64,000 bases of DNA from a virus (lineage: Duplodnaviria > Caudoviricetes). The position numbers and the translations under genes were made by a program. Under the pieces are notes generated by a model that saw only the letters and a list, made by a program, of their open reading frames with translations, did no database searches and was not told the origin of the DNA. The stretch spans positions 68,723-132,722 of the IMG/VR virus record IMGVR_UViG_3300028048_000072, one strand, 5' to 3'. Positions 1-10,263 of the stretch are shown here, in pieces. Position 1 is the stretch's first letter. Each line of letters opens with the position of its first letter.

Positions 1-277
1 TCTTGTGGACTGTATTAAATACATTTGCTATGTCATCGCAATTAACGGTGATTATAGAAAAAATCCTATTCATTTCTTAATTAAAGATTTAAAAAGTGAA
101 AACCATTGGCAACTTCAAATTTGGAAAATATTTGAAAATTCTGCATTGGATTTCGTATTACACTTTGCTAGACTTAGACGTTCTAGGTTGCATAAGGATA
201 AAAGTGGTAAATCGTTTGGGGATGTAAAAGGTTCAAATGTTCATATAGGAACACAAGTATAAATTAAGGAGAATATT

Positions 278-550
278 ATGAAAAAGTTTAGAGAATCAAA
301 TAACATTGGTGAAGTAACAGATTTAGTTTTTGATGCTACAGAAGGTAAAAAATTTACAACTACTGAAGCAATTGCGAAAGTATTGAAAGCACAAGGTCTT
401 AAAATTGTGGAAATCGTGAGTTGTGAATATATTGTAATTAAATACAAAGATGATACTTATTTGGTATTTGTAACTGATACAAAACCAATTGAAGTTCTTT
501 CTGTAGAAAATGATGTAAACTTTCATATCTTACCTAATGATGATGAATAA
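278..550 (+). CDS. small hypothetical protein with MKKFxE N-terminus (possible head-internal protein)
   Basis: ORF with AAGGAG RBS; starts MKKFRES. Confidence 0.6.
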   Translation: MKKFRESNNIGEVTDLVFDATEGKKFTTTEAIAKVLKAQGLKIVEIVSCEYIVIKYKDDTYLVFVTDTKPIEVLSVENDVNFHILPNDDE

Positions 551-561
551 TTAAAAAAAGT

Positions 562-588
562 AAACCTAGATGAATAATCTAGGTTTTA
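562..588. terminator. intrinsic terminator hairpin
   Basis: AAACCTAGAT...ATCTAGGTTT inverted repeat with A/T flanks. Confidence 0.7.
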
Positions 589-663
589 TTATTTTTGCCT
601 TAACCTTTTTCAAAATTTAATGTATAATAACTTTACATTAAATATAAAGGAGTGTTTGGTTAT

Positions 664-1068
664 ATGAGAACACATTATGAAAGAACAACTAGAAAACCTA
701 AAATGATTAAAACTATAAATCATGCTAAATCTATAAGCGATGATGAATTACTTAAAGTTTGTGCAGATTATTTTAATGAATTGGCAAATGGTTATTATTT
801 TGAATATGAAGAAGTTCATTTTGATGAAAATACTAAAACTTATCTTGAATCAGATGGAAGTAAATCATATTCATCAGTAAATGATTTTTGTAATGAAATT
901 GCTTATTGGCTATCATGTTATTATGAAAGTGGTAACACACGACACGAAGATGAATATAATGACCGAAAAGCATTTTTGAAATTTCTTGAAGTATTCAAAC
1001 CGTATTGTGAAAAAATCAATCTTGATTGGATTCCAATAAATAAGGATACAGAATTTTTATTTAAGTAA
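664..1068 (+). CDS. hypothetical protein
   Basis: ORF 652..1068; AAGGAG RBS; sigma70-like TTAACC...TATAAT upstream. Confidence 0.65.
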   Translation: MRTHYERTTRKPKMIKTINHAKSISDDELLKVCADYFNELANGYYFEYEEVHFDENTKTYLESDGSKSYSSVNDFCNEIAYWLSCYYESGNTRHEDEYNDRKAFLKFLEVFKPYCEKINLDWIPINKDTEFLFK

Positions 1069-1079
1069 AAGGAGTTATT

Positions 1080-1334
1080 ATGACTAGATATATGAAACCT
1101 TCCATTGATGCTAATGTTCAGATGATTTTGGAAGATGCTAAAAAGAATAAAAATAGAAAAGAAGAAGAATGTGTTTATCCTAGAGCATGGTCTTTATTGG
1201 CTAGTGCGATTATGAAAAGTGCAAAAAAAGATAATGATGTTGAATTTTTTAAATCTGATTGGTGCGAATGTATTAATGAATTGGCAACATTCTTTGTAAG
1301 AAGCAAAACATCAACTTATGTAAAAATAAAGTAA
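1080..1334 (+). CDS. hypothetical protein
   Basis: ORF with AAGGAG RBS. Confidence 0.6.
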   Translation: MTRYMKPSIDANVQMILEDAKKNKNRKEEECVYPRAWSLLASAIMKSAKKDNDVEFFKSDWCECINELATFFVRSKTSTYVKIK

Positions 1335-1685
1335 AAAAGGATTATTAAATTATGATTAAATTAATTGATTATGATACATTGCAAGTAACATTTATGAAAT
1401 ATAATTTTATAAATCTTATCAAATGTGAATTTCTAACAATTTGGGATGCTAGAAGATATAATTATTTTGTAATGTATTAAGGAGTAATAAATGCCTTTTA
1501 TATTAAAAATTATTGTTACCATGTTTGGATTACTTTTATCTTTAGGTGGTTTAGTTGATGCTAAAGGAAAAAATACAGAAACTTTAGTATCATTTATGTG
1601 TTATGTAATTTGTCATAGTGCAATTATTCTAGGTATGATTTTCTTGCCGTGGATAATTTAATAATAAATATTGTGGAGGAATAAT

Positions 1686-3026
1686 ATGAATTTTACAGAA
1701 ATAATGGATACTTGTAATAAGGTGAAATCAATCTCATCAACAAACGAAAAGAAAGAATTTCTTGCATCAATTACTGATGAAGATTTCAAAAAATTTCTTA
1801 AATGGGAATTTGATAGTAGCATTATAACGGGAATTTCAGATAAAAAAATTAATAAAATTTTCGATGATGATGTTTTCAGTGATTGGGCAACATGTGACGT
1901 AAAAGAAATTTTTGATGTATTCAGATATTTGGAAAATCATAAAACGGGAACAGATGAAGATATTCGTACAATTCAGTGGTACAGAAATCATCTTTGTGAG
2001 AATGATGAAGAAAAAGAATTCTTTAATAGAGTTGTTAGTAAGGATTTGCCGATTGGTTGTGATGTAAAAATTTTGAATTCTGTTTGGAATGGTCTTATTC
2101 CTACATTTAACGTAGGATTATGTGATAAATATTATGGAAATGAAAAGATAATTGATGGAACAGTAGACTATCTCATCGATACTAAAACGGATGGTTGCCG
2201 TTGTGTTGCAATTAAAGAAAATGGAAGTGTAAGACTTACTTCAAGAGGTGGTAAACCTTGGCTTGGAATGATTGAAATTGAAAAAGCAATTAAAGATTTA
2301 CCACAAGATAATATTGTATTTGATTCGGAAATTACTATTAAAAATCCACAGAATTATCCTTCATTGGAAGTATATGATAGAACGATTAAAATTGTAACAA
2401 CTAAATTAGAAGAAAAAGTAGGATTGCAGTTGAATTGTTTTGATTATATGACACTTGAAGAATGGAACAATCAAGAATCAAAATTCCCTTGTATTGAAAG
2501 AAAGGCACAACTTGAAAAAATTATAGAAGGAAATGAATTCCTTGTATATGTTGAAAATCTTTATGTTGGGAAAGACCCTAATGTTATTGAAGAATTGATG
2601 AATACAATTGTTGAAGATAATGATATGGAAGGATTGGTTGTTAAGGTGGCTAATTCTCCATATCAGTGGAAAAGAACAAAGAATTGGCTCAAAGTTAAAA
2701 AAATGTTGCGTTCTGATGCTGATGGTAAAGAAGTAGACGCTACAATTGTTGGATACTATGAGGGTAAAAATAAAAATAAAGGAAAACTTGGTGGATTGTA
2801 TTGTACTATGGAACACCCAACTTATGGACATTTGGAATTCAAATGTGGTGGAGGTTTCAGTGATTATATGAGAGAATATCTGTTTTCTCTAGGTGATAAA
2901 CTTATAGGAAGAACAATTTCTGTACAGTATTTTGAAGCAAGTAAGAATTCTAAAACCAATGTACAGTCGGTTAGATTTCCTGTATTCCTTGAATTAAAGG
3001 AAGAAGGACAAGAACCGAATAATTAA
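1686..3026 (+). CDS. ATP-dependent DNA ligase (phage type)
   Basis: KxDG motif (TKTDGCR), EGLVVK, WLKVK, C-terminal OB domain with SVRFPVF; GGAGG RBS before ATG 1686. Confidence 0.92.
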   Translation: MNFTEIMDTCNKVKSISSTNEKKEFLASITDEDFKKFLKWEFDSSIITGISDKKINKIFDDDVFSDWATCDVKEIFDVFRYLENHKTGTDEDIRTIQWYRNHLCENDEEKEFFNRVVSKDLPIGCDVKILNSVWNGLIPTFNVGLCDKYYGNEKIIDGTVDYLIDTKTDGCRCVAIKENGSVRLTSRGGKPWLGMIEIEKAIKDLPQDNIVFDSEITIKNPQNYPSLEVYDRTIKIVTTKLEEKVGLQLNCFDYMTLEEWNNQESKFPCIERKAQLEKIIEGNEFLVYVENLYVGKDPNVIEELMNTIVEDNDMEGLVVKVANSPYQWKRTKNWLKVKKMLRSDADGKEVDATIVGYYEGKNKNKGKLGGLYCTMEHPTYGHLEFKCGGGFSDYMREYLFSLGDKLIGRTISVQYFEASKNSKTNVQSVRFPVFLELKEEGQEPNN

Positions 3027-3080
3027 TTGATTAATTAATTAAAAATCAATATAATCATATTACTTTGGAGGATTAATTTA

Positions 3081-3608
3081 ATGGAAAACGTATTGTTTAG
3101 ATACGCAAAAGTAAGAGATGTTGAATCACCACTTGTTTCTACAGATTATAGTGTAGGAATTGATTTTTTTATGCCTAAATTTACTATGGAACTTGCCGAT
3201 GAAATTTGGGAAAAGAATAAGGATTCAATTAGTGAAGTTTTTGGTTCTGAATTTGGTACTGCAGAATGTGGATTTAGAATTAAACCACATCGTGGAGTTG
3301 TAATCCCTAGTGGATTGAAAATTCAGATTCCAACAGATAAGGGATTGGCTTTTGGAAATCGTTCATCTGTTGCAAGTAAAAAACTTACTATTGTCGGTGC
3401 GTTTTTAATTGACCCTGATTATAAGAATGAAATGTTCTTTAATCTTATCAATGTATCTGATGATTATGTCACATTTAACTTTGGTGATAAAATCGTTCAA
3501 GGTCAGATTGTAAATCGTCATGAAATTACATTTGAAGAAGTAAAGGAAGATGAATTAATATATCCAATTTCAAATAGAGTTGGTGGTTGTGGTTCTACGG
3601 GTAAATAA
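3081..3608 (+). CDS. dut: trimeric dUTPase
   Basis: motifs GIDF, NRSS, IDPDY, GDKIVQ, RVGGCGSTG. Confidence 0.92.
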   Translation: MENVLFRYAKVRDVESPLVSTDYSVGIDFFMPKFTMELADEIWEKNKDSISEVFGSEFGTAECGFRIKPHRGVVIPSGLKIQIPTDKGLAFGNRSSVASKKLTIVGAFLIDPDYKNEMFFNLINVSDDYVTFNFGDKIVQGQIVNRHEITFEEVKEDELIYPISNRVGGCGSTGK

Positions 3609-3656
3609 TCAATGTTTAGGATAAATCTGATAACTATGTTCATTATTGGAGTTTTT

Positions 3657-3839
3657 ATGAAAAATAAAAAATTAGATGAAAAGATTACAGATTTATCCTT
3701 TATTGAAGATATTGCGTATATCGTAAATTCTTCACTTGCTAGAAAATATGGTGAAGATGTATATTTAGGAAAAGAATTTTATCAGAAAATGAAACCTTTA
3801 GTTGAAGATTTTATAATGGAAATTGCAACTAGTGTATAA
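3657..3839 (+). CDS. hypothetical protein
   Basis: GGAG RBS before ATG 3657; TAACTAT motif at 3631. Confidence 0.5.
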   Translation: MKNKKLDEKITDLSFIEDIAYIVNSSLARKYGEDVYLGKEFYQKMKPLVEDFIMEIATSV

Positions 3840-3852
3840 GGAGGAATATCTT

Positions 3853-4008
3853 ATGGAAGAAACAAAAATTGAAGAAAAGAAAATCATTGTAAATGGAAAA
3901 TCATTTACTGAAACAGAATTTGCAGAAGAAAAAAAGAAACTTACAGAAAAGAAAATTAAACTTGTAGAAGTTGGAAATAACGAATATAAGACACGATTGG
4001 AAGATTAA
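3853..4008 (+). CDS. small hypothetical protein
   Basis: AAGGAGG RBS before ATG 3853. Confidence 0.55.
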   Translation: MEETKIEEKKIIVNGKSFTETEFAEEKKKLTEKKIKLVEVGNNEYKTRLED

Positions 4009-4035
4009 AAAAAATAATTTAGGTGGAGGATAAGA

Positions 4036-5835
4036 ATGGTAAAAATCTATCTTGATATGTCAGATGGATATATGCATTTTAAAATAGAAAAAGAATTAGC
4101 ATGGAATACAATTCAGTCTATTTTTAAAATGAATCATGTAAAATTTGATTATTCATCTAAAACATATATAGAAGAACCATCTTTAAAAGCAAAAAATCTT
4201 TATGATGAATTAAAAGATTATACTGATGTTGAAATTTCAGAAGATGATTTATCTATGTTAGATTTTGCCACTTATCCACCTAGTAATGAAGTTAGAAGAA
4301 TTAAATATTCTGTAAATAAAGAATTGATTGAAAAGCATCCACCAATGAAAGGTGTGGAAGGTCATGAAAACTTTCAGTTAGAAGCAATAAAGAAAGTAAT
4401 CATGAATAATAGACTTTTAGTAGATGTATCATGTCGACATGGGAAAAGTTATATTTCGATTATTTCTTTCGGTAGTCTTTTGTTGAAAAATGTAATTGAT
4501 AAAGTTTTTGTGGTTTGCAGACCTGAAGGAATAGTGAATTATAAATTAGAAATTTTAAGATTTTTACCTTTTATTAAAGAAGATGATATTGCAATTATTA
4601 CAAAAGATAATCGTAATATTGAAGATTATTTTAATAAGAAAATTATTATAACATCATATAATACATTCAGATTAACATCTGTTTATTATAAAACTTTGAG
4701 AACAAAGAAAATAAAAGATAAAAAAACTACAATGAAAAGTGCTAGAAAATCTTATGTTGATTTTTCAAAGTTTGGTAATAACAGAATGATTATTCTTGAT
4801 GAATGTCAATCTATAAATAATTATAGTTCTCAACAATCTACATGTTTACATTTAATTAAAGATTATTTTGAAAGACGTGTAGAAATGAGTGGAAGCATCG
4901 GGTATAAATTTCTGCAGATGTACTCATTGTGTAAATTTTTAGTACCACAAAGAATCCCATATAATTTTTCTGAATGGAAGAATTTGGTATCTAAAGATGA
5001 TTGGGGTAGAGAATTAAATGAAGAAAAAGTAAAGGAATTTAAAGAAAATGTTATTGATGATTTAATGATTTCATATCATAATTGTGTACCACAGAAAGAA
5101 GAAAATTTTGAATTAATATATATCGATATGGATGATAAAATGAGAAAAATTTATCAAGAATTTTCTTCTAGTGTAATAAATGATTTGGTAAAAGAAAATA
5201 ATGGTGAAGTAACTAGACAATCAATTCTTGAAAAATTAAATTATCTATCACAAATTACATCAGACCCATCTTTATTGGAAATAAAAGGTTGGAAATTGGA
5301 AGATAATCCAAAAGTAGAAATTTTAAAATCACTTTTTGAAAAATATATCGATGATGAAGATAGAAAAGTTATTGTATGGTCAAATCATCCTAGAGTATTA
5401 AATGGATTAGCAGAAATATTTTCTAATTATAATCCATGTGTAATTCATGGTGATGAAAAAACATCTGTAAAAAGAGAAAATAGAATTGATAGAGTAAACG
5501 AATTTAAAAATGACCCTAAACAAAAAATATTGTTTACAAATAAAGTTTTATCTACATCAATTTCTTTAGTAGAATGTAGTGTAAATATCTATTTTGACGT
5601 ACCATCTGATGCAGATTATTTTGAGCAATCTAGGAAACGTGAGCAAGGTGCTTTACAGAAAAAAGAAATTTATACAAATATATTAATGTTTGATAAATCA
5701 GTAGACCTTTATTTATATTACGAAGTTTTATTGAAAAAACAGACAATGAAAGGATTAATTTCTATGAAAGATAAATTAGGATTGGAAGATTATAAAAATA
5801 TTTTAAATCCAAAAAGAGAATATTTTATAGAATAA
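4036..5835 (+). CDS. SNF2/SF2-family helicase
   Basis: degenerate Walker A (RHGKS), DECQ motif II, MSGS motif III, C-terminal helicase domain (KVIVWS, QSRKR). Confidence 0.8.
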   Translation: MVKIYLDMSDGYMHFKIEKELAWNTIQSIFKMNHVKFDYSSKTYIEEPSLKAKNLYDELKDYTDVEISEDDLSMLDFATYPPSNEVRRIKYSVNKELIEKHPPMKGVEGHENFQLEAIKKVIMNNRLLVDVSCRHGKSYISIISFGSLLLKNVIDKVFVVCRPEGIVNYKLEILRFLPFIKEDDIAIITKDNRNIEDYFNKKIIITSYNTFRLTSVYYKTLRTKKIKDKKTTMKSARKSYVDFSKFGNNRMIILDECQSINNYSSQQSTCLHLIKDYFERRVEMSGSIGYKFLQMYSLCKFLVPQRIPYNFSEWKNLVSKDDWGRELNEEKVKEFKENVIDDLMISYHNCVPQKEENFELIYIDMDDKMRKIYQEFSSSVINDLVKENNGEVTRQSILEKLNYLSQITSDPSLLEIKGWKLEDNPKVEILKSLFEKYIDDEDRKVIVWSNHPRVLNGLAEIFSNYNPCVIHGDEKTSVKRENRIDRVNEFKNDPKQKILFTNKVLSTSISLVECSVNIYFDVPSDADYFEQSRKREQGALQKKEIYTNILMFDKSVDLYLYYEVLLKKQTMKGLISMKDKLGLEDYKNILNPKREYFIE

Positions 5836-6009
5836 AGTTGAAAAATATACAAATTTATTATACAATAAATTCATCTTAAATAAGTGGAGAATTGTTATGG
5901 ATGAACTTACAAAAAATTTCTTACAAAAGAAACAATATTTAATTTATAGTAAATATATTTTTGTAGATAACTATCTAATATAAAGAATAAATATATTTTA
6001 GGAGATATT

Positions 6010-7174
6010 ATGTCATAACTTAATTTTAGAATTTTATAAACCAACTTATAATCTTGATTTTGATTATGATGGTGACGGTGGATTGGATTTACATTTCACA
6101 AACATTAAAGGTGAGTTCTTCATGACAATGAATGACAGTTATAATTCTGTTTACATTGAAGATGAAGATTGTGAATTCTCAAAAGGTGAAATGTTTGCTA
6201 CTGTAGATTTGGGCGACTTGGTTGAAAGAATTGTTCAAGGTGAATTCAGACAGACTAATGGAAAAGCAGTTAGTGATTGGGGTAAACGATTCATTGGTGA
6301 TGGTGAAGAAAGAATAGAATTTAATGGTAAGAATTATGCAGATGGCTTATCATTTTGGAATGATTTCTTTAAGGAAATGCCAAAAGATGAAATTAAAGAT
6401 TTCATGACATTCTGTGAAGATTACCTTTATTTGCCGAACATTGAAGTTGATACTGTTTCAGATAAGTATGATTTTGAAAACGGCAAAGTTGAATTAAAAT
6501 CTAATGGTAAATGGGGTATTACCATTAATGATGATTACACAATTATTTCAGTTGATGAATTTACTTGTAATTCTACAGACGCTTGTGATACTTATGATGT
6601 TGCAAGTTCTGAATCAGATGTAGATGATTATTATGAATCAAAGAAATCTGTAAGAAAATCTTTGAAAGAAGGAATTGATGTTAAAATCGTATATTGGGAC
6701 GACACCCCTACAGATTATCTTGACGATGTTACAAGAAATGATATTATTGATTTGGAAAATGACGCAAATGTTTATAAAATCATCGATGTAACTAATGGCA
6801 AGAAGAAAACAATTTATTTGGATGAATCAAAGAAATCTGCTAGAAAATCTTTGAAAGAATCAACAGATGAAGATTTTTCACTTTATGACCTTAATAAACA
6901 CGACCCTTTTGTAAAAGAATGGGTTAAAAATATCAATAAAGAACTTAAAGATGTTTCTATTGAATCAATTGGTGATGATGAAATTGTATTTAGAGTTTGG
7001 TTTGATGAAACTATGGATTTGGATATTTTTGATGATATCGTAACCGATTGTATGCCTAAAACATTAATTGAGTTTATGTCTGATATGAATATTGATTTTG
7101 GTTATCAGTTTGTGTATGAAGATGATAAATTTACAGAAAATGATTTTGTATTTATCAGATTTGTAGCATGGTAA
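6010..7174 (+). CDS. acidic modular protein with two ESKKSxRKSLKE linkers; RBS-linked ATG 6010 is 1 nt out of frame with ORF 6083..7174
   Basis: ORF track 6083..7174, frame open upstream through 6011; GGAGA RBS + ATG at 6010 reads M-S-stop. Confidence 0.6.
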
Positions 7175-8152
7175 TATAGGAGAAAATAGTATGAATAAAA
7201 TTTTTAATGAACTTGAAAAATATTGCGATAGACATTCTGTTAAATTGCAAATTGATGAATTTCCCAAAGATAAAAATAGATTTGAAATAACACTTGATAA
7301 TTTTATATATGAAGAATTGAGCGATATTCGTAACATTATTCGAGATTTTGCTAAAATAGAAGATGATGTTCATTTAGCAGGAAATGGTAGAGCAATTGAT
7401 ATTTATATTGAAGATTTAAATGAATCAAAGTCTATGAAAGAATCTGTAGATGGAAAATTCGCTACAGATGAAGAATGTAATATGGCTGGTGAAGGTTGGA
7501 TTCTTGAAGGTACATATAATTTCATAATGGAATTTCTTGAAGAATGGGGAATCGCACCTACAGATGTGATACCTCAAAAACATGATACACTTGCTTTGTA
7601 TAACACTGATGGAAATGTTTTTGGATATTGCCACCATGATGATGAAGTTGATATTTATGTAGTTGATAAAGAAATCAATTATTTTTGGAAAAATTACAAG
7701 CCTTCAACTAAGCGTGTAAAAGTAACTGCTTTTGATGAAATATTTTAATTAAAAATAAATTATGGGGGGGGGAATTAAATATGGCTAGTGAATTTGATGT
7801 TTATTCTTTTGTAAAAGGTGAATTTGGAGTAGAAATTGTAGGTCAAGGAAAAAATGGAACTTATGACACAGTTCATCTATATATTCAACCTTTTAGTAGA
7901 AATAATGATAAATTGGCGGTTGATGAATATGTAGGAAGATATGCAGAAACACCAAGTTGGTCTAAAATATTCACTCTTTCAGAAAATGATTTATCTGACG
8001 CAATAAAAATATACAACAATTATGTTGTATCTAGCGATAGAATAGATATTCACATGATTGATAAAGAAATTTATAAAGAAGTAAAAATGAGATTGAATGA
8101 TATTTTTGAAATAAAAGAATCAAAGAAATCTGTCAGAAAATCTTTGAAAGAA
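6635..8152 (+). repeat. 36-bp dispersed coding repeat GAATCAAAGAAATCTGNNAGAAAATCTTTGAAAGAA (x3, plus one short variant)
   Basis: copies at 6635-6670, 6824-6859, 8117-8152; variant at 7422-7442. Confidence 0.9.
7191..7748 (+). CDS. acidic two-module protein with ESKSMKE linker
   Basis: AGGAG RBS; shortened copy of the linker at 7422-7442. Confidence 0.65.
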   Translation: MNKIFNELEKYCDRHSVKLQIDEFPKDKNRFEITLDNFIYEELSDIRNIIRDFAKIEDDVHLAGNGRAIDIYIEDLNESKSMKESVDGKFATDEECNMAGEGWILEGTYNFIMEFLEEWGIAPTDVIPQKHDTLALYNTDGNVFGYCHHDDEVDIYVVDKEINYFWKNYKPSTKRVKVTAFDEIF

Positions 8153-8359
8153 AAAGTTACAGTTGCTAAATCATTGAAAATTATAGAATGTGCTTTGTTG
8201 GATTTGATTCATGATGACACAATTCAAGAAGAGTTTAATATGGCTTTTGATGATGTTGATGGCATTTATGATTCTGTAGATGATATGTTTGAAGTTAGCG
8301 TACATAATGTACTGAATAAACTTCTTAAAGAACATACAATTACTGTGTTGCCGTTTTAA
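7781..8359 (+). CDS. two-module protein with ESKKSVRKSLKE linker
   Basis: linker at 8117-8152; G9 tract in RBS position. Confidence 0.65.
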   Translation: MASEFDVYSFVKGEFGVEIVGQGKNGTYDTVHLYIQPFSRNNDKLAVDEYVGRYAETPSWSKIFTLSENDLSDAIKIYNNYVVSSDRIDIHMIDKEIYKEVKMRLNDIFEIKESKKSVRKSLKEKVTVAKSLKIIECALLDLIHDDTIQEEFNMAFDDVDGIYDSVDDMFEVSVHNVLNKLLKEHTITVLPF

Positions 8360-8553
8360 TTAAAAATTTTGTAAAATCATTGAAACGATAAAACTTCTGT
8401 AGTATAATAAAAGTATTAAATCGATTTTGTATAAAAGTCTTGATAAAACTGTATAAATTTTATCAAGACTTTATGTAAAATTCTACTTGAAAAATAGATA
8501 AATTATCTGATTTAGACTTGAAAGAATATTGTAAAGTGGATAGGATGTAAACG

Positions 8554-9318
8554 ATGAGCGAAATAACTTTATATAAAGGTGATTGTTTAGAATTGATGAG
8601 CAATATAAAAGATAAATCGGTTGATATGATTTTGGCTGATTTACCGTATGGTCAATTAAAATCTGAAACTTTAAAATGGGATAATATAATTCCGTTTGAT
8701 AAGTTATGGGGACAGTATAATCGAGTTATTAAAGATAATGGTGTAATTGCTTTGTTTGGAAGTGGATTATTTACTGTAGATTTAATCAATTCGAATCGAA
8801 AAGATTTTAAATATAATCTTATTTGGGAAAAGAATGTTCCCACAGGAATGTCATCTGCAAAATATAGACCGATGAAATATTATGAAACAATTTCAGTATT
8901 TTATAAAGAACTTCCAACTTATAATCCAATTATGAAAGAAAGAATTGGAAAAGGTAAAGAATGTTATAATTATGAACATTATTGTGGAAATTCTAATCAT
9001 CTCAAATTAAATAAAATAAAGAAAAAATATGACCCTAATTTTGTACAACCTTCTGATATTTTGAAATTTGATGTAGTTCCAAATAGAAACGGAAAATTAC
9101 ATCCTACTCAAAAACCAACTGCTTTACTTGAATATCTCATCAAGACCTACACTAACGAAAATGAATGGATATTAGATAACTGTATGGGAAGTGGTAGTAC
9201 ATGTGTCGCTTGTATCAACACAAAAAGAAATTTTATCGGAATTGAAAAAGATGATAAATATTTTGAGATTGCGGAAGATAGGATAAACAAGGCGAAGGAA
9301 AGTATTTTTGACATGTGA
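8554..9318 (+). CDS. orphan DNA methyltransferase, N6/N4 beta class
   Basis: DLPY, HPTQKP, LDNCMGSGST. Confidence 0.93.
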   Translation: MSEITLYKGDCLELMSNIKDKSVDMILADLPYGQLKSETLKWDNIIPFDKLWGQYNRVIKDNGVIALFGSGLFTVDLINSNRKDFKYNLIWEKNVPTGMSSAKYRPMKYYETISVFYKELPTYNPIMKERIGKGKECYNYEHYCGNSNHLKLNKIKKKYDPNFVQPSDILKFDVVPNRNGKLHPTQKPTALLEYLIKTYTNENEWILDNCMGSGSTCVACINTKRNFIGIEKDDKYFEIAEDRINKAKESIFDM

Positions 9319-9332
9319 GAGGGAAATAAATT

Positions 9333-10151
9333 ATGAATTTTCAACCAGCGATTAAATGGAGTGGAAGTAAACGAAGCCAATGTGATGAAATTATTTCATA
9401 CTTCCCTAGAAAAATAGAAACTTATTATGAATCTTTTCTTGGTGGTGGTTCTGTAGCATACAGACTTATGAATTCTGATATAAAAGTGAATAAGTTTGTT
9501 TTGTCTGATTTGAATACAGATTTAATAAATTTATACAAACTCATACAGAATGATTACAAGTCAATTGTTTCTCACTATAAACTTTTATGGAATGAATTAA
9601 ACAAAGATTCAGACTTTGAAAGAAAGAAATTGTATTTTGCAGAAATAAGAAAAAGATTGAACGAAAAGCATGACCCTAAAGATTTTATGTTTATAATGCG
9701 TACTACTACAAATGGTATGCCAAGATATAATTCTGATGGTAATTTTAATAATACTTTTCATACAACTCGTTGTGGTATTGAACCTTTTAGGTTAGAAAAA
9801 ATATTAAAAGAATGGAATTTAGTGTTGAATAATCATAATGTGGAATTTATAAATGCAAGTTATGATACATTTAGTCCGAATGAAAATGATTTTTGTTATT
9901 ACGACCCACCTTATGCTAACACAAAAGGAATGTATTTTGGTGCAATAGATAATGATAAATTTTTTAACTTTCTTCAAAATTTAAAATGTCCGTACTGTTT
10001 TTCATTTGATGGATATTGTGAAGATGAGGACTCAACTTATGATGTGCCGAAATCTGTTTATGATGAACATATTTACCTAAAAGCAGGAAAATCTTCTTTT
10101 AGACGACTTGTTGGAAAATTTACAGATAAAATGGTATATGAAAGTCTATAA
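9333..10151 (+). CDS. Dam-like (D12 class) adenine methyltransferase; C-terminal tail appears frameshifted
   Basis: KWSGSK, ESFLGGG, DPPY; out-of-frame YKGCEKQKESLFDM* continues to 10191. Confidence 0.88.
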   Translation: MNFQPAIKWSGSKRSQCDEIISYFPRKIETYYESFLGGGSVAYRLMNSDIKVNKFVLSDLNTDLINLYKLIQNDYKSIVSHYKLLWNELNKDSDFERKKLYFAEIRKRLNEKHDPKDFMFIMRTTTNGMPRYNSDGNFNNTFHTTRCGIEPFRLEKILKEWNLVLNNHNVEFINASYDTFSPNENDFCYYDPPYANTKGMYFGAIDNDKFFNFLQNLKCPYCFSFDGYCEDEDSTYDVPKSVYDEHIYLKAGKSSFRRLVGKFTDKMVYESL

Positions 10152-10263
10152 AGGTTGTGAAAAGCAAAAGGAAAGTTTGTTTGATATGTAATAATTTTCA
10201 GTTTAGAATTGAAATTATTTCAGAAAGAGCATAAAATCATATAAAACAACATAAGGAATAAAT

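Noticed and set aside
8380-8480. Long hairpin after a sigma70 promoter as another anti-SD sRNA
   Set aside because: The loop is AT-rich with no anti-SD sequence; it is more simply a terminator or leader before the MTase.
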